This document shows, piece by piece, positions 51,583 to 64,000 of a stretch of 64,000 bases of DNA. How positions within the stretch are numbered: position 1 is the stretch's first letter; every line of letters starts with the position of its first letter. The stretch spans positions 149,854,001 through 149,918,000 of the forward strand of contig NC_086097.1 of NCBI RefSeq assembly GCF_963921235.1. The letters are read 5' to 3'. Below the pieces are notes generated by a model. The model saw nothing but the letters and a program-made list of their open reading frames with translations, was not told where the DNA came from and ran no database searches. A program made the position numbers and the translations under genes. Origin of the DNA: Mobula hypostoma. Lineage: Eukaryota.

Positions 51583-51769
51583 CATTTAGTAGGCATTCTT
51601 CAAATTCCTTCCCTTGGGATCCAGCACCAAGCTGATTACCCCAATCTAGCTGCATATTGAAATCCCCCATGACTATAACATTGCCCTTTTTAACTGCCTT
51701 TTCTATCTCTCGTTATAATTTGTACTGCATATCCTGGTTACTGTTTGGAGGCCTTGCACTTCTCATGAT

Positions 51770-52262
51770 TAAACCTCATTTTCCAGGGCTCCTCCCAACA
51801 TTCCGGTGGATCATATCCTGCTGTAGCCTTGGAAAGTGTTCTTGACTATGCTGAAATCCACCTATTGTCATGTCATTCAGAAGTTTACTAATTGTACCTC
51901 CCACAAATGGAAACACCTCTTTCTCCCTTATTAGGAAAGGGGAGAGCCTGTGGTATGTCGAATGCCGGATGAACAATGTAGTCTTTGGAGTACTGCAAGA
52001 CTATGTCTTTGCTGTTGCCTTGCTCACGCTTGAATACTCAAGTGGTGGGTGCTGATAGTTTTTCCCGTGGAGGGAGGGGGGATTGTTGCTTGCTGTTTAC
52101 ATGTGGGAGGGAGGAGAGACTTTGGGGTTCTAACATTTAACTGTCATTTATTCTTTGGGGGCACTCCTCTGTTTTTGTGGATGGTTATGAAGAAAAAGCA
52201 TTTCAGGATGTATACTGTATACATTTCTCTGACATTAAATGTACCTTTGAAACCTTTGAAAC
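51770..52262 (+). mobile_element. Non-autonomous Rex-tailed retroelement
   Basis: 3' catttcaggatgtatactgtatacatttctctgacattaaatgta(cctttgaaa)2. Confidence 0.55.
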
Positions 52263-52264
52263 AT

Positions 52265-53720
52265 TTATATCCAAGCTGGTCATACTTAGGGACAAGATCC
52301 AAGGTCCCATCTCCCGTTCTTGCATAACACCACTGGGTAGACTGGTCATCAGTAAAGCTCACCTCCATTATCCTGAGGCCCCTAAACACCAAGCCACATT
52401 TTCAATCCAGTTAGCCAGCTCATGTTGGATATCATGTGACTGAACTTTCTGGACCATTCTACCAAACAGGACACTGTCAAATGCCCATCAAAGACCATAT
52501 AGACAACATTTATTGTTCACTCTTCAGTCTCTTTAGTTACCTCCTCAAAAAAAAACACAAATTAAGACATACTGGCTATTCCTAAGCAGCCTCTACCTTT
52601 CCAAATATACTAAATTGTATGCTTCAGAATTTCTCCATTAATTTGCCGAACACTGCTGCAAGGGTCACTGGTGTGCAGGAAGCTGGCTTATCCCTGCTGC
52701 CCTTCATAAAGGAGGAAAAAAATATGCTACCTTCCACTCTTTTGGCTCCTCACCTGTGGATAACAAAGGTGGAAAGATCTCTGTCAGGGATCCATTCTTC
52801 TCCCATGTTTCCTGCAAAAGATCTCATCCAGCTCTGGGGATTTACCTACACGTAGACATTCCAATACCACACAATCAACTTACACCTCCCATCAAGTCAT
52901 TATCTCTCATGTCTTCTCCTTGGTGAACACAAGCAATACATATTCACTTAGGCCCTCACCCACAGATCCTGATTTCATAGATAGATAACCCACTTGATTA
53001 CTAAGGCAATCTATTCCTTCACTGCTACTCTTTTGCTCCGAATAGAATGTCTCTTTAAATCATAAAATCTTAAATTTTCATAGCTCATTTTTGCCTTCTA
53101 TTTTCTTGATTATCCAACACTCTCTTATGCTCAAGGACTTCACTCAACCCCCTCCGAATCGAACTTTCACTATCTTTTATTATCATTGCTTCCTCCACTG
53201 TAATACCTTTGCCTTTCACCCTTACCAGAACACATTGGCCTTAAACTCTTACTGACTTTAAGAACCCCATTTGTCAGATATTGTTTTATCCAGATACATC
53301 TGATCCCAACCTACTTTTGCTACTTTTATACGATTGAAGTTGGCCTTTCAATGATCTAGAATCTTAACTTGAGGATCATCTTTATCTGTAACCACTTTGG
53401 AACTTGCATTCTCAATGTGTTCGCCCATCAACACTTCTTCCACCTGGCTAGTTTCATTTACTAACAACAAGTCTCCAGCTCTATCTCCAGCTGGATACCT
53501 ACAAATTGACTTAAAGAATCCCTTGTGGAAGCATTCAAATTCTTGTACTAAGGAAATCGCTGTTCAATATTGGGAATATTAAAATCCCCCCTACTATAAT
53601 TGTATTGATCTTAACCTTTCTGAAGTTTTCTTATATTGGTCTCTCAAACTCTGGCTGATTATTGGGAGACCTACACTATTAATGCTTGCCCCTCTTTTGT
53701 ACCTATATGACTGAACTGGA
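52265..53720 (-). mobile_element. Highly degraded CR1 ORF2 remnant
   Basis: Patchy similarity to the reverse complement of CR1 ORF2 (ggacactgtcaaatgcc, gggtcactggt, ttaaaatccccc). Confidence 0.5.
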
Positions 53721-53877
53721 CAACCCTTCTAGGATATTCTCTTACCTCTGGAAAAGCCTGCCAGTTCTGTGATCATGGCTGTGCCTGGTCAATGTATGTG
53801 CTCTGTGCTGCATAGCACCAACAGTAACAAATTCATAAACCACTCATTATTTATATTACACGAGCAGTCATCCTTAC

Positions 53878-53998
53878 CCAGCTGGAAAAGATGAAGCTCC
53901 TTCATGCTGGCCCGGTAAATCAATATGGTAAATTGCAAAATGTAGTATTATTTCCTGCATGTCCTCGGAGTTGAAAAGAGTGTCAAAACATGATTTAT
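53878..53998 (-). CDS. NDRG1: NDRG1 exon 5 (121 nt)
   Basis: HKSCFDTLFNSEDMQEIILHFAIYHIDLPGQHEGASSFPAG; tttttacag and gtaagg flanks. Confidence 0.95.
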
Positions 53999-54589
53999 CT
54001 GTAAAAAGAACATATTTCAATGGCTACATAAGGTGGTTCAGATAATGCAGTTAATTTTACAAAGACCAATTGCTAGTGAACATTATTTAGTGTCTACCCA
54101 CAAAATTTGGGTAGAAAGCCACAAATGACTTCCCATTTGGAAAAAACTCTCAAAATACTTGTACCTGAAATTTTCCTAAATGCAAGGCAAATTGAGAACA
54201 AATTAACAAAAGTAAAAACAAGAGGGCTACTTTCATGAAACTTCATAAAGCTCAAGAACTTTCCAAATTATACAGTTAACTTTCCACTTCACTATAGCTA
54301 TTAAACAACAATGCCAAGAAATTTTAAATAATCCTCTGTTTTCAGCATTAAACCTTTTTCCATTCATCCTCTCCACACACCACAGGAACTAAAATAAGTC
54401 CATTTGCATCTTTCTATACACTCTGAATATTTAATCAAGCACATATTAGGCTTGTAGCTCTGATGCAATTCTCACATGATTCCTTATACAATGCCCTGCA
54501 GCATCAGAGACGGACATGTGCTTTTGATGTACTGGAACACATTCATTACGTGCTCCTAGGACAACATCTTTTGAACAGTTGCTCGGTCC

Positions 54590-57350
54590 ATAGTTGTTTG
54601 CCATCTATATCATCAATTTGGATGAAAACGTGGTTGCCATGATTAGCATGTATGCAGACGACACTAAAACTGGTAGTGCTGTAGACCAGGAATAAGGTTA
54701 TCTAAAATTAAATCAGGGAGTTAGGTCAACTCTTCAAAAATCTCTTTCTTAAGCCTACCCTCCACCACCTCCAGTTTAAATTCCATGCGGAATATTTTGG
54801 AGGATCAAGAACCAAGAACTGGGAAAATGGGTCAAGAAATAGCAAATGGAGTTTTGCAGCTTGGGAAATTAAACTAGTGCAAAATTGGTACAGAGAATCC
54901 AGGGCTCTGCACAGTGTTGCACAGAGAGATCGAAGGATATAAGCACCTATTTCCCCAAGAGGTGCAACACAAGTAGACAGAGTGGTAAAGGTGTTCTGTG
55001 GACTTGCCAATTATTTTCTTGCAGGCATTTACAGGAAAAGGAAATGCAATTCTACAAAAATATATTCAACAGAGACTGGCAAACAACCAATGTGCAAAAG
55101 ACAACAAACTGCAAATAAAAATAATACTGAGAACACGAGTTGTAATGAGTCCTTTAAAGAGATAGTAGATTGTAGAATCAGTTCTAAGTAGTGGTGAATG
55201 AATTATCCACACTGTTTCAGGAACCTGATGGCTGTAGGATAATAACTGTTCTACACATGGATCAGATGGGGCGTTATGTTGCAACTGTCCAAGGCAATGA
55301 AACTACATTAGGAGTATTGTGCGCTGTTTGGTCACCTAGCTATAGGAAATCATCAAGCTGGAAAGGGTGCAGAAAATATTCACCAGGATGTTACTAGTAC
55401 TGGAGGGTTTGAATTATAAAGGCAGATTAGACAGGCTATATTTTTCTCTTCCTCCCAAGATCTTAGGAGACAGAGATGACCTAATTAGACACAAATTAAT
55501 GAGGGGCATAGATAAGATGAACGGCCAGGGTAGGGGAGTTTAAATTTTAAAAGGCTTTCCTTTAAGATGAGAGGTGAAAGACTTTATAGGAACTGAGGAA
55601 AATCTTCTTCCACTTAAGAGTGGTGTGTATGTGGAATCTGCTGTCACGAAAAAGTAGTGGAACTGAGGACATCTGAAAAGTTTAAGTTAGATAGGTACAT
55701 GGGTAGGAAAGGACAGGGATATGGGCCAAATGTAGGCTAACAGGACTAGCTCAGGCAAGTACAGACAAATTAGGGCAAAAAGACTATTTCCATTCTTTAA
55801 CTCTATGACCTTTCCTTTCTATTATTCTACACCGAATGAGTCTTAAATCCTGTTTCATTTGCAGCTCCAAAATTCAGCATCAAATCAAAACTTAAACAGT
55901 TAACTGAAAAGCCACAAATGTGGGATTTAAGAGGAGCATCTGTTTAAGATTACAGATTAAATCACAGATTAGTGTGCTAATAAAACTATTAGATTGATCT
56001 TAATGTGACCCATTTACTCCTATTTGAAATAGTAACCCAGCCAACTATTTGTTGTCAGTTCATAAAAAACACATAAGCTGCTTCAGAAACCTTAATGCCA
56101 GATAAACACTAAACATTTAATGATTAGCTTTGAAAGTCAGTCTATATGATGCACAACTATACCAGCAGCAGCTATCCCATCTTCAATCTGCTGGCACTCT
56201 GGATTGACCTGCAAGGATTGGCACCTGGTTTTACAACCAGTCTTCTGCAATATTAGAAACCCCATGCACCAATCAGATGTTGACTTAATTCCCCATTTCT
56301 TCACATCTTCATTCACCAAGAAAATCAATAGTGGCAGAATTAGTGAGGGGTATGCTGTTATTTTAAAGGCAATGCCAACATTAAGGAACAGGAGTAGGGC
56401 ATCTTGCAAAACATTAAATGTGGACAAGACCCTCGGTTCAGATGGGATTTATCCCAGGATACTGAGGGAAACAAAGGGTTGCTGGGGCTTTAGCTGCAGG
56501 CGATATCCCAGAAGACTGGAGAATAGCCAATGTTGTTCAGTTAAGAACACTGGCTACAAGAACCAACCAGGAAATATAAGCTGGTGAGCCTGATAGTGGG
56601 AAGGCTACCATTAAGATTCTTAGGGGCAGGATTTATTTGCATTTGGAAAACTCTGACTTATTAAGATGCAATCAGCATGGCTTTGCTCAGGGAAAGTCCT
56701 GTACTTTCTGAAGTGGTGTATAACAAAGTCTGGACTGTAAATGTTGTCTACATGGACTAAAGATTAAGTCACATGGAATCAAACTCTAATTCAAATTTGC
56801 TTTGGCAATTGAAGACAGAGGGAAGAGGTAGAAAGTAATTTTTCTGACTGTAGATCTGTACCTATTAATGTTCCGAAAAGGTCACTGGTAGGATCTTGTT
56901 TGTACTAGGATGTTAACTGGATACGGTGCTGCACAATCTTTTGTTGTTTTCTCAAGTGTTAGAAGCTAAAGGGGCAACTTGATAGAAGTGAATAGAATTA
57001 TGAGACCCGTATTGTGTAAATAATCTTTTTCCCCAGGATGGAATTGTCAAATACCAGAAAAACTGGAAGTTTAAAGAAAGAAAGAAAGAGAGTTTAAAGA
57101 AAGAAAGAGAGAGTTTAAGGAGATTTGAGAGGCACGATTTTTGTGTGTTTTTTTTAAAAAGAAACAAGAGCCTGCCTGGAACACTGCTAAGAGGGGTGGT
57201 AGAATCAGATGCAATAGCAATGTTTAGAGGCATTTACACAGACAAATAAACAGATAGGGATATGCACCATGTGCAGGTAAATGAAATTAAATTTGGATCA
57301 TGGTCCCTATGGATATGTTGGGCCAAAGAACCAGTTTCTATCCCGTGACT
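54590..57350 (+). mobile_element. Degraded CR1 fragments (about 54590-55810 with a Rex-type insert at about 54975-55250; about 56280-57350)
   Basis: SMYADDTK at about 54645; DGIYPRILRET; CR1 3' ends. Confidence 0.7.
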
Positions 57351-57837
57351 TTCTAGGTTTCTTGTGGGAAAACTAATAGCAAGATTGTACAGTTTAAACT
57401 TTTTGACTTTTCATCCTTAGGTAATTTGGATTTTAGATACAGATACAATTTATCACAAAGAATTTGAATTCTGTAAAGTTTGAGACACAGCTCAAACAAG
57501 ATATATATTCAAAACTTTCATTCTTAACAGGGATTCGCAAACTCAGAAATGTGACCTACAAGTTCCCATAATATCAGTGGACAGCTCTGAAATATATCAC
57601 GCAGAACAAAATCCCATATTTCTAATATATCAAAAATTTTATACAACCTACTGAAAAGTATCTACACCAAGAAATTCATGTTTGGATAGGTACAATTAAA
57701 ATTGGTTCATCCAAATCTTAGAATAAGACCAATCCCAATTTGGCAAAAAGCTTGTTACAGTTTTCACCTGCAACTGCTAAATTTTTGAAAGACTGGAAGA
57801 ACTACCTGGATGGGTAGGCACTGCTTACACTACTTAC

Positions 57838-57943
57838 GATTCATCCCAATGTCATGAAGAGTGAGTAAGACTGGCCTAATTCCTTTAGATGCACCACGCA
57901 CTGCAACGCGAATAATACCAAATGGTGTTTCAACATCATGCTC
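57838..57943 (-). CDS. NDRG1: NDRG1 exon 4 (106 nt)
   Basis: EHDVETPFGIIRVAVRGASKGIRPVLLTLHDIGMN; ttcacag and gtaagt flanks. Confidence 0.95.
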
Positions 57944-58164
57944 CTGTGAAAGAAATATGCATAGCAGCCAATTATTACTTAGTCTAAAGTCCATAAAATT
58001 CTGAAACATTCCAAAATTAATAAAACTCAATTGTTAATATATCACTATATTGAGAACTGTTCAATTTGGCCAAGAGGTCAATATTTGTTTTGAAGAATGA
58101 GCATACAATCAAGATCTTCCTTTTTCAGAGTTGAGCTTTTGAACTACCTGTATGACCTGTCATT

Positions 58165-58720
58165 TTTATGGTGCGAACTTAAGTCTCAAAGGTGCACGAT
58201 AGTTGCGGCATAGCACGTACGGGCCAAATTGAGGTGGTAGGGCCCAGGCAAGACAGCAAAAAATGAACCATTGTTGCAGCAGACTTGGAGCCAATTCAAA
58301 GCGGGAGATCCAAGGTGAGGCAGCAGAGCCCGGGCCCGAGAGCATATCCAAGTGGCAGGCCCTGGGTCAGAGCAGGATTGAACCATGTTTGACCGGATTA
58401 AGTGCCAGGCCAGAGAGAAGAGGACAGGGTGCTGGGGCCAGTATTCAGCTCGTTGCTCGGCAACGTTTAAGCTGAATTAAGGCTGTGGTCTGCCACTAAC
58501 AGATTCCTGGCTGCAGCGATGACCAATTTTGTGGCTGTGAACTTAGTTCTAATGTTATTTGCTTACTTTTTATTGTTTGCACAATATTTTGTTTCTTCTG
58601 CACATCGAGTTTTTTTTAAAAAATTGGTTCTATTTGGTTTATTTGCTTTGTGGCTGTCTGTAAAGAGAGGAATCTTGAGGTTGTATACAGTATACTTTGA
58701 TAACAAAATGTACTTTGAAC
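58165..58720 (+). mobile_element. Non-autonomous Rex-tailed retroelement
   Basis: GC-rich body; 3' aatcttgaggttgtatacagtatactttgataacaaaatgtactttgaac. Confidence 0.55.
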
Positions 58721-59509
58721 AACTTCTTGCATCTGACACCTCTTATAGCTAGAGTTGATTCATAAAGGCATAAATGGAGCGGTGAGCCAACACCTCCCAG
58801 CCCCCAGAGTGGGGATGGGTAATATGAGGGGGCATAATTTAATAATAATTGGAAAGATTAGGCTGGGGAGCAGAGACACACACACACATACACACACAGA
58901 AGGGGGCATGGCACACACTGCCAAGAGTGGTTGTAGAGACAGATGAATTAGGGACATTCCAGAGATTCTTAGACAGGAACATGGAAGATGTACAGCTACA
59001 TCCTCAGAACTCAACCTGCCGTGCTCTGGAATTCACTGAACTCTCGACTTTTATCTGTTTCCTGATTTTACCAATCTGAGCTTACACATATGCCCAATGT
59101 GGGCTGCCAGTCCTCAATTCTCTCTTCCCAACCTCCACTATCTGCAGATTAGGAAGTGGGATGTCTCCTGGCTTTCACCAGCTGCCCACTGCCTCTCAAA
59201 TACAATGCCCTCCACCCACAAGCCAGGTCAGGAAGGACTGGGAAACACATTTTCAAATGCAAAAATATGCCACTCTCCTGCCCAAGAAAACTGAATTTGA
59301 TGTTTCTATATGGCTGGGGTGTACCAGAATTTCTAAGTAGTTATCAACATGGACTACATAATTAACAGTATTAAAGATTAGAAAAAGGTAAAGATTAGCT
59401 TTGTCACATGTACAGTGAAATGTATTATCTTGCATCAAATCAGCTAGGATTGTGCTGTGCTGTAATTGCTGCCATGTTTCCAACACCAACATAGTCCACA
59501 GTTCACTAT

Positions 59510-60146
59510 CAAAGGAAGTTCACGAAAATGATTCCAGGATTGAATGGCTTGTCATATGGAGAACATCTGATGGCTCAGGGCCTGCATTCACTCGGATTCA
59601 GAAGAATGATAGGTGACCTCATTGAAACCTATCAAATGGTGAAAGGCCTCAACAGAGTGGATGTGGAGAGGATGTTTCCTATGGTGGGAGAGTCTAAGTT
59701 CAGAGGAGACAGCCTCAGAATAGAGGGGTGTCCTTTTAGAATGGAGATAAAGAATTTCTTTAGCCATAGAGTTGTGAATCTGTGGAATTCATTCCCATAC
59801 GTAGCTGTGGAGGTCAAGTCTTTATGTATATTTAAGGCAGAGTAAGTAGATTCTTGATTGGTCAGGGCATGAAGGGATACAGGAGGGAAGGCAGGAGATT
59901 GGTGCCGAGAGGAAAAACGGATCAGCCATGATGAAATGGTGAAGCAGACATGATGGGCCAAATGGCCTAATTCTGTTCCTATATCTATGGTCTTACGATA
60001 AGTCTTTGTAATATGGGAGAAAACTGGAGCACCCAGAGGAAATCCATGCAGTCACGGGCAGAATGTACCAACTCCTTACAAGCAGCGGCAGGAACTGAAC
60101 CCCAATCTTACAAATGGAACTAACCGCTAAGTTACTGTGCTGCCAC
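59510..60146. mobile_element. CR1 3' fragment (+, 59510-59995) and V-SINE fragment (-, about 60000-60146)
   Basis: MIPGLNGLSY...GDLIETYQMVKG; gaaaactggagcacccagaggaaatccatgcagtcacgg. Confidence 0.8.
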
Positions 60147-60199
60147 TTAATTCTCTACTTCAGGAAATAAACACCTGAACGATTAGGAGTCATTACTAC

Positions 60200-60830
60200 C
60201 ATAATCAATCATACCAGTGCCCAAGAGCAGGGCAAGCTGCCTCAACAATTATCACGCAGATGCACTCACATCTATTGTGAAGTGCTCTGAGAGTTTATCA
60301 TGGCTAGAATCAACTCCTTCCCAAAAACCTGGATCCACTGCAATTCGCCCTATGCCACAACAGGCCTATGTCGGATGCAATCTTACTGGCTCTCCACTTG
60401 GCTTTGGACGACCTGGAAAAACAGCAATACCTAATGTCAGGCTGCTGCATATTGATTCTATCTCAGTACTCAACACCATCATTACTACTGTACGTCCATC
60501 AGCTTCAAAACCTGGGCATTTGTACCTCCCTCTGCAAATGACTTCCTTCGGGAGACCACACAGATCGAAACTAACATCTTCTCCAACCTGAATAACAACG
60601 CAGGTACACCTCAAGGACGTGTGCTTACCTGCTGCTCTACTCTCTCTACAGCCCTGACTGTGTGCATAGGCACTATGCAAACACCACATATAAATTTGCC
60701 TATGACACAACTATTGTCAGCAAAATCTCAGGTGACGAGGCAACATAGGAATGTGAAAGACTGGCTGGTTGAGTGGTGTCACAACAATACTACTGGACTT
60801 TAGGAAGGGGAAGTCGAGGAAACACACACC
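60200..60830 (+). mobile_element. Rex1/Babar-like RT fragment, degraded
   Basis: PVPK..SCLNNY..ALTS.VKC, NVRLLHID, tGtPQGcvl, KFAYDTT. Confidence 0.7.
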
Positions 60831-61107
60831 TGTAAGTTCTTGAAACTGCTGCCACAAAACAAAAATCATATGTCAGTGATCAGTGAACTGACAAATGTTT
60901 TGCAACAGCAAGTCAAAAGACTGCATAACAATGTTTTTAGTCTGTTTTATTTTTTTCCAAAATTTGATGTTTTTGTGATAAAGACTGCCAGTGCTTTACT
61001 CTGCTTAACAATCTTGAGCAAAATCTTTTCTGCATTGTCTCTTCTTGTTTATCACGCATATTTGATGTTGCTTTCAGCTTTAAATTCATGAGTTCCCACC
61101 AGATTCT

Positions 61108-61578
61108 GCAGCTTCCAAATGTCATTTATGTTAGGTTTTTGCTCCAACCTTCTATCATCCTCGCCATTCTCAATCATTTGTTCTTCTGCTTCAGGACCAT
61201 ACTGATGGAATAAGCTGCTATAATACTTGTTATTCTCACCTCCACTTTAAATGGCTTTAGTCATTGTCTCCCAGGTCTACTATTTTGCTGATTCAAAAAG
61301 ATTGTAGAATATTCAAATGAAAATAAAGAGTTGTAGTTAGCATGTCCTGCTAAATATATGATAAACATCCTAAGCCACTTAATCACAAATACCAAGTGTT
61401 GACTGTCTGGGTCAATTAAGGATCTGTAGCTTTTGCTTCCTAATTCCTCTCCCAACTAACCAGCCTGTAAAATCAGCTTATATTACCCAATCTCATTATT
61501 CAATTACAGACTACCAAACTGTATACACAAAGAAGGGTGAACATGTGGTGGCAGCTTCCAAATGTCATTTATGTTAGG
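61108..61578 (+). repeat. Perfect 28-bp dispersed direct repeat
   Basis: gcagcttccaaatgtcatttatgttagg at 61108-61135 and 61551-61578. Confidence 0.9.
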
Positions 61579-62194
61579 CTGTTTAACACACTAATCAATA
61601 TTAGCACTATCTTGAGAGTAGGAAGTGTTAAGGGCAACAATCCAATGTAAAGAAAGAAAACTCACTTCCATCTGTTCCCAAAAATCCTCAAAAATAAAAA
61701 GTGCAATCTAGACTGACGTGCTGGCAAAGAATTTCAAATGAGACCCAAATGGATTCCAGTTATCAGCAAGAAATGGAAATTAGATTAGCCAAATCAGTAC
61801 CCAAAATTTGCAAAAATTTTGCTTCTATTTAAGTGTTGGTTGTCAGCTTGGAATCAGCAGTAGATAATATTTTTGCTTTACCACCTTCCATAAGCAACAA
61901 ATTTGTTAATGTCTTTTCATCATTTCTATACAACAATCCCATGTCAGCCTGGCTGTTTTCAAGCTGCTTCATGATCCTGGAAACAGATGCCTTGCAACTC
62001 CTCCTCAGCATTTAAAATTAGGCTGGAACAATTTTACTTCAGAACTGCAGAAGGGAAGATAAAATATCTCTCCCAAAAATACCTGATAACACAAAAAAAA
62101 AGTTGATTTCAAGACAAAAACAAACTGGATGTGTGCCACTAGCCAACTAAAAATGGGGACATACAAAAAAAGTTGGACATTTGGATTAGGTAAA

Positions 62195-62455
62195 ACCTGG
62201 GGCACAGATTTAGAGTGAGAGAGGAATGATTTAAGGGACAACATTTTCCACACAGAGTGGTGAGTATATGAACAAGCTACCAGAGGAAGTGCTTGAGGCA
62301 GGTACAATAGTACTTGGATAGGTACATGGTGGGGCTGGTCTTAGATGGATATGGGCAGAGCTTGGAAAATTAGCCCTTGCTGGGTGGGCATTGTGGTCAG
62401 CATGGATTTATTGGGCCAAGAGGCCTGTATCTGTAATATATTGTTCTATGATTCT
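62195..62455 (+). mobile_element. CR1 3' fragment
   Basis: ggcacagatttagagtgagagagg...cacagagtggtg...gggccaagaggcctgt...ttctatgattct. Confidence 0.7.
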
Positions 62456-63010
62456 CAAGTACTAGAAACAATACTTGATGCAGTCTTTAACCAAAATGAC
62501 AAACTGATTCTCCTTCCACTGATGTGTGTGACATTAAATGTTTACAGCATTTTATGTTACCATGTCAGATTTCCAGCATCAACAGTTCTTTGGTTTTCAT
62601 TCATAGCTGATATTCAACATGGGTTCATATGATGTACAGTTACTTTGAATGAAATACTGAATAAAACCACATATCCTTGCAACCAAAATATGTGCAAAAG
62701 TTAAATTTCATTAATGGTCTAATGATCACAAACTACTGATTTGTTCTACAGTAGCTGAGGTTTTAAAAATATCACATTCACTACAAGTAATCAGCAAAAA
62801 TTTAATACAAAAAAGAAAATATTAGAAATACTCAGCAAGATCTTCCGATAAAAAACATTTAGTTTTACTCTGCACAGATTCTTGCTAGACTTGGAGTATT
62901 AGCAATATTTTCATTTTTATTCCAGATTTACAGCATCTGAATTTTTTTTGATTTTCACATACACAATTATCTAATTGATTCAAAACACCACACACTTCAA
63001 ACAAAGTTAC

Positions 63011-63046
63011 CTTAATATCATGTGCGTAGAAGCTGTTAGTATTTGC
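63011..63046 (-). CDS. NDRG1: NDRG1 exon 3 equivalent (36 nt, ANTNSFYAHDIK)
   Basis: ttcttttgcaacag acceptor, AAG|gtaact donor, phase 0, 36 nt like human exon 3. The peptide itself is poorly conserved. Confidence 0.75.
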
Positions 63047-63560
63047 CTGTTGCAAAAGAAAAAATTAATGTAGAATTCATAAGAGGCAAGGAACAAAGCT
63101 CCTGGATGAAGTGATTTGGTTATGAGAACCAATGGTCCCAGATTCAATCCAGATTTGTCCTGGTCATCTACAATGTAAATAGTTCTGACATTTGGTCCAG
63201 TACAATGTATTCAGTTACTCTCCCCTACTCTTCAAAATAAAACCTTCCTCACTTGCTTTCAAGAAATATCCATCCTTTTGCTGCTGATTTTTTTTCTCTA
63301 TTGAAGATAAATCTTTCACTGGATTATTTGCTCTCCATGTTCATGACAGTTTCATTAGCAAAGAATGGTAGAATTACAATGGCTTGCTCTGTTCAAAGAA
63401 CGGAAGTGGTTTCTTTCAATTTGTTCTTTTGATGACTTAAATGAACATACACATTTGGAGCAGGAGAAAGGGAGCAAACAGCACAGACCCCTCATTATGA
63501 TTCAATAAGTTCACAGTTGATCTGACTGCAACCTCAGCATATCCCACTTATGCTCGCGCG

Positions 63561-63581
63561 CTCTCTCTCTCTCTCTCTCTC
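63561..63581. repeat. (CT)10 microsatellite
   Basis: Read directly. Confidence 0.9.
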
Positions 63582-64000
63582 ATAACTTTCAATCAGCTGG
63601 AGAATTAGGAATCAATCTACTGATGCCTTAGAAGTATTCAAAAGCATCAATTCCATCATGTTGAAAAAAATTCAACTAAGTCATTCAAAGAAGAACATTC
63701 TTGGCCTTGCTATTTATCCTTAAAAGAATGAATCCCAACTCTAAAGATTCCGTCAAGAACCCTTGTTTACTCTCAGCACAAATTTAAGTAGGATTCAGTA
63801 GTACTACAATTTGAAAGTCTATTCCCAGCCTAGAAATTTCCATTCAGTACGAAGATGAGGGAATCAAAATACAAACACTTAGCTCTCTGTTCTATTCTTT
63901 TCTTCACCAACATCTTAGTCTGCTTATTTTATCATTAGAGCTTCCGAAGATTCTTTCATCTTCTAATCTTTAAATATGATGTTGTACATTATCTTCTCTC

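Noticed and set aside
1-64000. CRISPR arrays, rRNA or prokaryotic systems
   Set aside because: No repeat-spacer arrays or operons; this is intron-rich vertebrate DNA.

Overview
Vertebrate genomic DNA. The repeat landscape (HE1/V-SINE-like SINEs, CR1 LINEs with an esterase ORF1, abundant Penelope-type elements) suggests a shark or ray; this is inference. There are two spliced genes, tail-to-tail as at human 8q24. CCN4/WISP1 contributes its last three coding exons on the + strand (715-4217). NDRG1 contributes 14 coding exons on the - strand (63046 down to the stop at 19613; 369 aa, start exon outside the window), all with GT-AG junctions and nearly all with the exon lengths I recall for human NDRG1. 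Most other ORFs in the track come from transposable elements: CR1 LINEs, Rex1/Babar-like fragments, a hAT element with TIRs and an 8-bp TSD, a Tigger/pogo derivative, and tRNA-derived SINEs. Main hunt results: (1) Penelope-like elements carry minimal, dimer-type hammerhead ribozyme motifs, including one core-intact copy in sense orientation in NDRG1 intron 8 that sits in a ~1.57 kb fold-back, plus many decayed short relatives; (2) a 22-bp pre-miRNA-like hairpin in NDRG1 intron 14 pairs fully only on the transcribed strand; (3) a CR1 has an in-frame ORF1-ORF2 fusion; (4) a SINE has a tRNA head and an RTE-like body; (5) several multi-layer TE nests have readable target-site duplications. Repeat boundaries without a TSD or TIR are approximate.
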